The notes beneath the pieces were generated by a model, which saw nothing but the letters and a program-made list of their open reading frames with translations, searched no databases and was not told where the DNA came from. The translations under genes were made by a program, and so were the position numbers. A DNA stretch of 64,000 nt. Source: Convolutriloba macropyga (Eukaryota). Shown in pieces: positions 26,400-38,600 of the stretch (the first letter of the stretch is position 1; each line of letters begins with the position of its first letter). The stretch covers positions 16,058,001 through 16,122,000 of the forward strand of contig NC_134480.1 of NCBI RefSeq assembly GCF_964194025.1, written 5' to 3'.

Positions 26400-28075
26400 G
26401 AATGTTGTGTATGAGCGTAGGAGTTATATAACAGCAAAACTTTAAAACATTTTGCATGATTTTGAAACCAGGCCTGCAAAATTTGAAAATTTATTTCTCC
26501 AAAACTTTGTGTTCTTGAAAATTCAATTTAAGGGCCAATGTACATGCTCATGAGAAGATGCAACAAATTTTACCGATTGATTTTCTAAGGCAGATATAAT
26601 TCCTGTTTCCATATCTCATCAATGCGCATTTTTGTGGATTTAAAATTAGGCCGTTTTGTTTTACCCAAGTTTTAACGTTCTTAACACGTTCGCCAAATTT
26701 CAGTTTCACAAGTTCTTTCTGTTGCATAGATGGTGGTATCATCTGCTGGTAAATCATTTATGAATATTAGAGAGAGCTAAGGACTGAACTTTGTGATTTG
26801 CCCATTATCTTTTTTCGAAACTTGATTTTTTGCCTACTAATTAAACGTAATGTAATCAGTTATCAAAAAAACTTTCTAGCAAACTGTTTATTGTGCCTCG
26901 AAACCTAATAATTCTAATTTATGTAACAGGAGCCGATTGTTAACTGTAAAGGCTTTTTTGAATTCAAGAAAACAATCTACTCCATAGGTTTCCGCATCTA
27001 TCACTTTTCTTATAAACTCAATTATCATCCGAATGCCAATGGTAGTTGATTCATTTTGTTCGAAACCAATCTATTTCGCGCAAATCAATTTATAGCTATC
27101 TAAGAAAGGTGTCACTTTTTGCCAGAAGATTTTCCGAAACTGAAGAAATTAAATTAAGAGCTCCAAAGTTTTTTTGCATCTTCAGGGTCCCCACTTTGAA
27201 AAAAGTTGCTTAATTTTTAGAATATTTGGGTATATGGCCGAACTAAGAGAACCGTTGAAAATCTTGCACAGTAACGGAATGATGATTTTCGCAGAATTTT
27301 TTTTAAGAACATCATTGCTGATGCCATCATGACCATAAGAAAATGAATTTGAAACATCTAACCAGTGATTTGAAATCCAGTATAAGTTACGTTGGCATTC
27401 GTCTAGCTTAAAAAGGTCAATATTTAAGTCGCCTTATACGTTCTCATTCGTTCTCAATATTTCATCTAACTATTTTCAGAAAACTTCGTTAAACTGCCTG
27501 GTGGTGGGTTGTAAAAGACAAATATAACATAGGAACATTTTTCGTCGCCTATATGCACAGCTAGTGCTTCAAGTGCCGGACCGACTTCAATCTTTTGGAA
27601 ATTTAGCTCGTTTTTAATGAAAAACGCTACACTCCCTCCTCAATTTTCATCTGTTAGTACTAAGAGTTCCCAATAACCATCAATATAAAATAAATCTTTT
27701 GGACAGCCAAGTTTCAGTTAGAACATCTTTGTCCGGTACCGTCTCCAGTTGTTGCATAAGAAGCATTAATTGATCATGATGGCAGCGTAATGATTTTATA
27801 TTGAGATATAAGACGCTATTAGCGAAAAATCTCATCAGCTGTTTGCTTTCTAGGCACTTCTAGTATTAATATAGGAAAATGCAATATTCAAAACTAATTG
27901 TGGTGACAATTAGACATAACTACCGTTGCTCACCAACGCCATAGAGTGTTCCCGAATCGTTTTTTTTTTAATTTGGAGACTTATAAAATAGACATTATAT
28001 AAAACCCTAAATTTTTTCCTCTCCACCATAGATTTCAGTCACTGATTAATTCTTTATAGCCAGGGTTGTCTTGTG
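26400..28075 (-). mobile_element. Decayed, internally deleted LINE (copy 1 of the tandem duplication)
   Basis: Minus strand: SVLYLNIKSLR, VLTET and GGVAFF (APE); GHDGISNDVLK; YQQMIPP/WVKQNGLILNPQKC (frameshifted ADDT region). Confidence 0.75.
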
Positions 28076-29769
28076 ATAATCAGAAAAAATGGAAAAGTTT
28101 AAGAATAGCATTTCGTTTTCGATCACAACTATGGCTTGATCACAAGATTAAAATAGGTTTCTTATCACGACTATGGGACTTTTGTTATATGAATTACGGG
28201 GCCAATTTGTAGTTAATCACTTAATCCCACCTTTCTTTCTTGTCCGTGTTCATTATGAAATACATTGGCTTTTCTGGAGGAAACAATTTTTTGTTTGTCT
28301 TTCAGTGGGAAAAAATACTTCTTAAACTTTGAAATCGGTAACCATGTATTAAAAGAGGGGACACAAGAAGCAACAGTGCAAGATCAATTGAGAAAATAGC
28401 GCTTAAAACTCGGAAATTGTGAAATCATTATTGTAAGTAATTTGTACGATTGACAAAAATGCGGCTAACGTTAAAATGTTAACTAAAATCGAAGTAAAAA
28501 TAAAGTATGGTTAGTTTCCTGAAGTGATGACGCAGAAAAAGACGATTGACGATTATACAGAAAAAGACGATTGACGATTATACAGAAAAAGACTGTTGAC
28601 GTTTAAAACTCCTATATAGCATTTTTTTTCTTAGAGAAAACTTTTAAATGACATGGTATTATCGACACAATATAAGTCAACAAAGATTTTAATGTATCTC
28701 TTTGATTGGAAGATTGATGCTCCGAACAGAGTTATAAGCAATTGCAAGACATCTTTTAAACTATTTTTGACCTTCTCTCAAGGACTAGCTAGGTACAAGC
28801 AGTAGTCCCCTCGCATAGTTCCTGGTGTGATGACAGTTTTCTAGAAAGTCTAATACAGAAACGCCACACGGATATTATTTCAAAGTTCTGCACAAACATG
28901 CAATTAAAAAGTTCGGTTATGCAAAATTCAGACGTTTTTATTTTTACTTGGTCATAATGTCACCAATGCTGTCATATTTCCTTTTTAAGAGAATGAATCT
29001 CAAAATTTTGCCTATAGTAAAAACATTGCCTTCAAATTTGATTTAGGTGCACTTCAACGGTTAATAATCCACAATAAATGTTGTGTATGGGCGTAGGAGT
29101 TATATAACAGCAAAACTTTTCTAAAAAATTTTGCATGATTTTGAAACCAGGCCTGCAAGTTTTGACAATTTATTTCTCAAGTACTTTGTGTTCTTGAATA
29201 TTCATTTTAAGGGCCAATGTACATGCTCAAGAGAAGATGCAACAATTTTTACCGATAGATTTTCTAAGGCAGATACAATTCCTTTTTCCATAGCTCATCA
29301 ATGCAAATTTTTATGGATTTAAAAAAGGCCATTTTGTTTTACCCAAGCTTTAACTTTCTTAACACGCTCGCCGAACTTCAGTTTCAAAAGTTATTTCTGT
29401 TGCATAGATGGTGGTATCATCTGCTGGTGAATCATTTATGAATATCAGAGAGCTAAGGACAGAACTTTGTGATTTGCTCATTTTCAGTTTTCGAAATGTG
29501 ATTTTTTGCCTACTAATTAAACGTAATGTAATCAGTTATCAAAAAAAACTTTCTAGCAAACTGTTTAATGTGCCTCGAAACCCACACGGATATTATTTCA
29601 AAGTTTTGATCAAACATGCAATTAAAAAGTTCGGTTATGCAAAATTCAGACGTTTTTTATTTTTACTTGGTCATAATGTCACCAATGCTGTCGTATTTCC
29701 TATTAAAGAGAATGAATCTAAAAGTTTTGCCTGTAGTAAAAACATTGCCTTCAAATTTGAATTAGGTGC

Positions 29770-31470
29770 ACTTCCACGGATTAATAATCCACAATGAATG
29801 TTGTGTATGGGCGTAGGAGTTATATAACAGCAAAACTTTAAAACATTTTGCATGATTTTGAAACCAGGCCTGCAAAATTTGAAAATTTATTTCTCCAGTA
29901 CTTTGTGTTCTTGAAAATTCAATTTAAGGGCCAATGTATATGCTCATGAGAAGATGCAACAAAATTTACCGATTGATTTTCTAAGGCAGATATAATTCTT
30001 GTTTCCATATCTCATCAATGCGCATTTTTGTGGATTTAAAATTAGGCCGTTTTGTTTTACCCAAGTTTTAACGTTCTTAACACGTTCGCCAAATTTCAGT
30101 TTCACAAGTTCTTTCTGTTGCATAGATGGTGGTATCATCTGCTGGTAAATCATTTATGAATATTAGAGAGAGCTAAGGATTGAACTTTGTGATTTGCTCA
30201 TTATCTTTTTTCGAAACTTGATTTTTTGCCTACTAATTAAACGTAATGTAATCAGTTATCAAAAAAAACTTTCTAGCAAACTGTTTATTGTGCCTCGAAA
30301 CCTAATAATTTTAATTTATGTAACAGGAGCCGATGGTTAACTGTAAAGGCTTTTTTGAATTCAAGAAAACAATCTACTCCATAGGTTTCCGCATCTATCA
30401 CTTTTCTTATAAACTCAATTATCATCCGGATGCCAATGGTAGTTGATTCATTTTGTTCGAAACCAATCTATTTCGCGCAAATCAATTTCTAGCTATCTAA
30501 GAAAGTTGTCACTTTTTGCCAGAAGATTTTCCGAAACTGAAGAAATTAAATTAAGAGCTCCAAAGTTTTTTGCATCTTCAGGGTACCCACTTTGAAAAAA
30601 GTTGCTTAATTTTTAGAATATTTGGGTATACGGCCGAGCTAAGAGAATCATTGAAAATCTTGCTCAGTAACGGAATGCTGATTTTCGCAGAATTTTTTAA
30701 GAACATCATTGCTGATGCCATCATGACCATAAGAAAATGAATTTGAAACATCTAACCCGTGATTTGAAATCCAGTATAAGTTACGTTGGAATTCGTCTAG
30801 CTTAAAAAGGTCAATATTAAAGTCGCCATATACGTTCTCATTCGTTCTCAATATTTCATCTAACTATTTTCAGAAAACTTCGTTAAACTGCCTGGTGGTG
30901 GGTTGTAAAAGACAAATATAACATAGGAACATTTTTCGTCGCCTATATGCACAGCTAGTGCTTTAAGTGCCGGACCGACTTCAATCTTTTGGTAATTTAG
31001 GTCGTTTTTAATGAAAAACGCTACACTCCCTCCACAATTTTCATCTGTTAGTACTAAGAGTTCGCAATAACCATCAATATAAAATAAATCTTTTGGACAG
31101 CCAAGTTTCAGTTAAAACATCTTTGTCCGGTACCGTCTCCAGTTGTTGCATAAGAAGCATTAATTGATCATGATGGCAGCGTAATGATTTTATATTGAGA
31201 TATAAGACGCTATTAGGGAAAAATCTCATCACATGTTTGCTTTCTAGGCACTTCTAGTATTAATATAGGAAAAAGCAACGCGCAAACTTAATGGTGGTGA
31301 CAATTAGGCAAAACTACTGCTGCTCAGCAACGCCGTACTGTGTTCGCGAATCGTTATTCTATTGGGAGACTTTGTAAAAACACCTTGTATAAAACCCACA
31401 ATTTTTCATCCTCCTCCATAGATTTCAGATACTGATTGCTTCCTTATAGCCAGGAATGTCTTGTGAAAAT
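29770..31470 (-). mobile_element. Decayed, internally deleted LINE (copy 2 of the tandem duplication)
   Basis: VYGDFNIDL, GHDGISNDVLK, WVKQNGLILNP; near-identical to 26400..28075. Confidence 0.75.
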
Positions 31471-31638
31471 TAGAAGTAACAGTGTCTATCAGAAGTAACA
31501 CAATATTCAAAAAGCAGTACTGCCCAGACAAAACTTTACACCAGCTCTAATAACTGAAACAAAACTCGAATGAAGTTAAATTTTTTTCCAGTTCAAATGG
31601 AAAAAACGAAGGTCAATACAGGAAAAAATGGAAAAGTT

Positions 31639-31879
31639 TAAGAATGGCATTTCGTTTTTGATCAAAACTCTATGGCTCGATCACAAGACTAGATTCTTCA
31701 GATTAAAAGGTAAATGTGGCATCTCCTAGTGCTAGCAAAAATCAGAGATGTGTGTCGGCTAACACTTCCAACTTCCATAATAGCCGACGAGCAAGTCATA
31801 CCACTACGAGATGCTATTTAAGGATCAAGTTTTGTGATCAAGCCCCAGAGTCGTGATCAGAAACAAAATGCCATTTTTA
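31639..31879. mobile_element. MITE with ~80-bp imperfect TIRs, possibly TA-flanked
   Basis: agaatggcatttcgtttttgatcaaaactctatggctcgatcacaagac ... gttttgtgatcaagccccagagtcgtgatcagaaacaaaatgccatttt. Confidence 0.7.
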
Positions 31880-32688
31880 CTACAATTGTTATGTGAGCTG
31901 GATAAAAGTTCAGCTTCAGTTTTTGTACGGGCACGAGCTAGTAATTAGCCAGACTAGCGTAACTCTTTCAGGATTTTGATCGAATTTTTGCAGAAGTTGT
32001 TCCAAAAAAAAGTTTTTCTAAGTACCGGGCGAAATTAAATTCTAAATTATATTGTGAAGCTATATAAAAGTCAACTGCGAGGTAGAAACTTACGTGGTAG
32101 AAATTAGTTTATCTAGATTTCTGAACTGATTGACCGATCACGATCACTTTGAAACTTGTCATTTCTGTAGGTGTTTTTTTATCTAAATTCATCCTGCAGT
32201 TAGATTTTGACCCGCAGTTGGAGGGGTCAAAATCAGATATCAGAATCAAGCGTTCTAAGATGAAATAGAGACCTGATTGGCGTCAGCTTAGATTGCGAAC
32301 GCAACTCGAACTTCTGAGTTAAATAAGTAAAAACCTTCAGATAAGATCCGCGAAATTTGACCCCATAAAACCAGTGCCCAAGGTCAGTCGAAATCCTCTT
32401 AGAGAAACATAACCTAAGAAAGGTTGAATGAGACATGAAACTGTTGTGAGGAAATGTATCTCGATTATCAAACAGACATGAAAGAGAGAGTTTGATTAAA
32501 CGTCAGATTTGTTCAGCCATCGTCGAGAAGGTCAAAAAGATCCATTAGTAGAAAAGAAGGATCTGCATTTGAACTTAAGTTTTCTATCTAATATTTGATT
32601 TGCTCGGTTAATTCAATATTAAGCTGACTTGAACTAATATATTTATGTACGGTTAAACAATTGAAAGCGACTGAAGATTACGTCGAAA

Positions 32689-35600
32689 ATGAAAAGTTTT
32701 AGTTGGATTGGAATATCCTTTCTTCTGTTACTGCTTTTTCAGTTACTATTGGTTCAAACCAAGCAGCCCCCTAAAGAAAAACAAAGTGAAAGTTCAAAAC
32801 ATACTGAAAATATTAAAGAACCCATGAAAACGCCTGAACAACAAACGACAGGCAAAAAAACAGCGCCACAAACAGCTGAACAATCTTATATCAAATCAGC
32901 TAAGAAATCAGAGCCAAATAACGTTCAATCTGAATCAGTACCAATCAATAAAGTAGAAAGGAAAACTGAAGAACAATTGGATGCAAAACCGAATGGCAAA
33001 GTTCCTGGAAAACAACCTGTCGATAAAACTTCAGAACCCATATCGTCAACAAAACTTAAAGCAGAATCCCTAAAAGATATGAAATCAGAGCCTACCGAAA
33101 AACCAAAAGCAAGCCCAGTTAAAGAATCTCAAAAGAAGAGCGACAAAAACTCTCCTCCAGAATCGGTAGAAAAATCGCAAGAAGAAAGTCTGCTCGAACA
33201 AGAACCAGCGACACCACCTTCCCTTAAACAGGAAAAAACTCCGGACGAAACAACGAAGCACAAATCAGAAAGAAATTCACCTGGGCGAGAACCGTTTCAT
33301 ATAGCAATCTTCTCAGCATGTGATTCTCGAATCAGTGCAACCAAGCCAATAACTTACACCCTATTGAACAAAATCTCCAATCCTGGAAAGTACAGGATAA
33401 CTTACGTGATTGGGAGCCAATGTCAAGACGTCGCTGGAGATCTAGGAGCAGACTTCTACGATACTGGCTTCTGGTACTACCCTAGCCCGAAAACTAGTTC
33501 AAATGGGTTTGACTTCTTCAACAATCTCACTACATGTAAGCTTTTCAATGAACTGCTAGATTAAACGATATAAAGGCGTTCACTCAAATATTATTTGTGA
33601 TCATGGAACTTTCAGGAGAATGGCTCATTATTTGAGGAGTTGGATGAAACTACAAGTATTTTTTAACTTTTCTCAGGACAAATGAGCACCGCATCCATAA
33701 TTTATGCGTATACAAATTAACAACATACGCATCAACATTTAAATCTTGCAATGTACTTTTTTTGTAAACAGAAAGAGACGTAGGCCTACTGAAATTTCCA
33801 TTACATAAGAAAAGAAGCAATTCCATAATGAAACAGCCTATCAAATCGGCAGAAACTATATTGAAACAATGAGGCTCGAAAATCAAAACTTTTGCTCACC
33901 TATCTTCAAATCTCTCGCTCAAACCTCATATTTTGAATTCAATAAAAACTGGTGATACGGACGCATACTCCTTAGATATATTAGGCATCCATTTAATCTT
34001 CAGGTTAAATCAAACAAAATTGAACAAGCGATTGGCATCATTCATTTAGGTTTAGAGCTAAGTTAAAGTGCTATTGGGAGCAAACAATTACAATAAATAC
34101 ACAGAAATCAGAAAGCGACTGTTGCTTGTAATGATTTTTTAAAAAAAATTTAAGGTCAATCATGTCTGATTTGTAGTAGCTTCCAAACTCACTTCACAAG
34201 AAAACTGTGGACACCATTTCAATTCTGTTTGTTTTTTTGTGCCGTTTTGCAGAAAATTTTAAAGTTGCATTCCTCAGAAAACATGAGTATAATAATTTGT
34301 AGTTAGTCCGCGTGCATTTTTTTGTTCATTAAAAATCAGCAGTTTTTGACAGCTCGTTCTTCAATTTAAATGCGGTTTCAAATTAAGTAAAAAAAATGTC
34401 CCATCATTCCCCAATGTCGTTCCTGAGTAGTCCTATCGGTTTGGTTTGAAAAAAAGAGGAATAGATAAGTGACCGTATGGTTGACAGAAGAATCTGCCCA
34501 GGTAAAGCCCTGACATAATAAAGTTTACAGACAAAATAAAATGACAAACCAGCTATTTAACTAAATTTCCCCAAAGAAGATTCCCGAAAATGCACTAATT
34601 TCTCTTTGAATTCTCTTTCAAATAAATTAAGAATTATTTTTGCAGCATGAGGTTTTTGGGTAAGCGGCATGCAGATTTTTGCAGTCTTACTGGTGATGAA
34701 ACACCGAAAGGCGGATGAAAATATCAACAAGGCCTCTTAAAGCCCTTCGTACTAAAATTACGTTTGATAATTCATTCACTCTTCTAATCTGATCATCAGG
34801 GCAAATATTACATCCTGTAATGACACTATTCAATTTACTTTCATACTATCTCAAAGCTATTTATAATGAACGTTTCTTTCAAATAATTAAATCTTTTTTT
34901 GATAAACATTAAATCCTTATTCTCTATATTCCCCATAACCTTAACAGTTTACGTACTTTGACTCCACGACATCCGATTGAGGGACTTTGAAACTTCTTAT
35001 TCAGCTTTATTACAAATAGCAAATTGAGATTGCTTTTACGAGTGTTTGACTTTTGCTGTAAGATATACATCTCATTTACAATTTTTTCATACATTACTTA
35101 AAATTACAAGTCAGAAGCTCGTAAATATGATGTTTACGTACAATGAACAGTCCGTTTCTACTAAAAAAACTTAATTATTTTATTTCACTATACAAAAATG
35201 CATCACTTGAAAAATTTTGTTATTGACAAACATATATCGTTGATAAGGTTGAATAGGTGTAGCAAACAAAAATTAAAATGCCGTACTAGATTATTGCTAT
35301 TACTTTTATAGTAATGCTCTAAATGATTTTTTAAAACAATATGCTATAACTTTGCCAGTATATAACGCAGCTTTGCAAGACTAGATTTCATCATTTCAAC
35401 ATGAGACTTAAATAACAAAACCATTTCATTTTTGAAAAAAGCTGAATCAACATTTTAGAAGCACTTATTTTGAAATCTAATTTTTCATTATCTTAACGTT
35501 TAGTACTAATTTATTTGCAATCAACCACTCATTTACCATTCTATGCCGCCCTTACTAACTCAGGTTTAAACCAGATTAATTAAACTTGTATCGTAGCCGA

Positions 35601-38600
35601 AAAGTGAAACGTCCACACTGCTGCATACGGTAGGTAAGTAATTGACGCGGAGCATGAACAAAAGCAGTCTAAGTATCAAACCTTGTGGACCACCACACGA
35701 GATCGATTTCCAATAGGCTTGCATTCCGTTTACTATTCAACAGATGAAATTCAAACCACTATAGTACAATTCTACGTACAACGGTTTCAGATATCAATGC
35801 GCTACCAAAATTTGTTTGTTAGAACGGCAACGTTAAATTGGCAATCAATTTAGTTAACACATTGCAAACAAAATAAACATTAAAAAAACTAGCCTAATAT
35901 TTATCAAAAGCTGATCCCTGAGCACACACGCACAAAATCGCAAAGTACTACGCAAATTTATCTTCTGACAGATCAAGAAAAAGCGGAATGTTATCAAACT
36001 CTGTTCAGAATTCAACCAAAATGATTTCCAAATAACCAGATGATTTCGACAAAGATGATTTCCAAATAACCACTTTGCTTTTTGCCAAAGACATCAAAAC
36101 AATCCAATTTTTGCACGCGGTCTGCTTGGTCTCAAGGTTGAATGTCAGCTCTGAGCAGTGGAAACAGATTTTGAGATTTACATAGGCGAAAACAAAATCA
36201 TTTACCGAATGAAGTTCTTCCGCAATCGTCGTTCTTTCGCCTGTTTTTGTTCAAGAATGGCTCCAAATTTGTTAGATCCAAGAGCGGCGTCGAGGACCTC
36301 AATGACATCGCCACACGTATATGTCCTCAATGACATGCCTCAGTATAAGTTGTTAATTGTTCTTTCATTGTTGTAGCCTAAATGTTGTAATAAACTTATT
36401 AAATAGAGATGTCAAATGAGACAGAGGCAAATGATCTTCCCAATTTGAGATTTCTAGATCAAACCCCTATTCTGAACAAACAGGACGCGAAGCGGGCCAA
36501 ACCTGATTCAAGTCCAAGTTCAGATACCTTCGATGAAGATTTATTTTTATCTAAAATTGACAAAATGCTCGAAAGCCGTATCAGCAGCATCATTCCTGCT
36601 TGTATTAGTCAAATTATCACTCAAGTTCGAACGGAAATTCAAGTAGCTATTCCAAGTGCAGTGAAGCAAGCAGTAGAACAGGTCAAAGAGGAAATGAAAG
36701 CCGAAATTATCAAGCATATTGAGGACGACCTTTACTATCAAGAAGAACGCTGCAATGTAGCAGCAATGTCCCAAGCCGAAACTGTTGAAAATTATACAAG
36801 AAGGGACAACATCCGTATTAGTGGCGTTCAGGAAGACTTAGATCATACTGGTAATCGAAACGTACCAGAGAAAGATTCCGTGACCATCAAAAAAGTTATT
36901 GAAGTTGCAACATCAATAGGAGTGGAAGTCGACGAAAGGGACATCTCAACGGCACATAGACTCCCAGGCAGGAAAGCGGGTGAACGCGTTATTATTGCCC
37001 GTTTTGCTAGACGGTTGGTGAAAACGCAGATACTCCGAAACAAAAAGAAGTTGTCGGAAGTTGGAAGTAATGTAAAAATCTTCGAAGACATATCACCTGC
37101 TAGAGCAAAGTTTCTGGCAATGATGAAAAGAGATTCTAGGGTTGAATCAGCCTGGACAAGGGAGGGCACGATTTTTTACCTATGGAAAGAAAACAAAAGT
37201 GTACAGAGTGTTTGATCTGCTTGAAGCAGCCAGGAACCTGAATTATAATTTTTCAGACTTTGTTAAATGTTTCCAACCATCCCATAGCAATATTTTTCCC
37301 ACCTCCTCGTGCAGTGACTTCACCTAAATCTAAAACTTCAAATTCTTGTTCACTTACTATTCTAAATTTAAACGTTCGCTCCTTAAAAAAACATATAGAG
37401 GACCTGGAAGCACTTGTACATAGTCTTGAGTCTCCACCTGATATTCTTTGCTTGACTGAAACTTGGCTATCTAAAAACGACGACCCAAAATCACTACTGG
37501 TAACTGGTTACCAAAATGTAGCTTCAAAAGTTCGTGACTCAAAAGGCGGTGGCATTATGATCAGCTAACTGCTCTATTCAAAAAGAACTGGATTGCGTGA
37601 TCGAGGAGTCTTTATTTGCGACCATAGAAAAACAAGGATACGAGTTCCGGCTAGTGGTAATATACAACAAACCAAGAGCAAATAAACTTGATTTTGAGGA
37701 CTTAGTAGAAGAAGTTTTGGGAAATTTAAATTCCAAATGCTTGCCAACTGTAATATGTGGGGATATTAACATTGATACGATGAAACAAAATTTGCTCACG
37801 AAAAAATATAAAAACGCCATTCATTCAAATGGTTTTTTTATAACACCCAATAAACCCACCCGTGTTACAGAAAAATCAGCAACTTGCTTAGACCACTTCA
37901 TTTTTCAAAATTTGATAGGGGATGTTCACATACTTGAAAATCAAAGTTTTTCAGACCATTTTCCTGTTACGTTGAAGTGGACAGTAAAAGCAAATGACCT
38001 GGAAAGCAAAATTGTAAGGGATACATCATTTCTTCGTAACTGCAGTATTGTTGAAAAATACTTATCTGCCTTGAGTCACGAACTTTGCATTGTTTTTTCA
38101 GCACACAGTGGTTGTGCACATTCATGCTTTAGTGCCTTTCATCACATTTTTCTAACCGTTACTGAGCAGTACGCTCCACTAAAACGTATCACCCCGCACA
38201 ATCGAAATTCTACACCTAAATGGTTCGACAACAAAATAAAAAATATACGTACGCAGCGGAACCTTATTCACAGGAAATGGAAAGCAGACAAGTCAAATGG
38301 CTCTCTGCGCAAGAAGTTTACAGATATTAGACTTCAATTGGAAAAAAGTATTAAAACGGCGAAAAACGTTTATTATCGAAACATGTTCGAAAAATGTATC
38401 GGAGACTCAAGACAAACATTTAAACTTTTAAATGAGCTGTCAGGAAAACATTTGGTAAATAATGCAGTTCCAAAGCTTTCCTCGTGCATGTCGGATACTG
38501 CACCTAACTCATCTAATCTGCAAGTAGCTGAGAAATTTAATGAGTTTTTTGCTAGTATTGGCAAAAATATTCAGCGCAGTATTCCTTCCGAGGCAGTCAC

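Larger units (their letters stand above)
24996..31690. repeat. Tandem segmental duplication, ~3.2-kb unit (24996..~28150 and 28167..~31690), with an extra ~720-bp internal copy (28862..29580)
   Basis: Both copies start acgactatg.gacttttgttatatgaatta. Near-identical ORFs at 26275/29671 and 26548/29944. Confidence 0.93.

Noticed and set aside
37190-37570. Programmed frameshifting in LINE ORF1/ORF2
   Set aside because: No clear slippery heptamer with a downstream structure; small indels or assembly errors are simpler.
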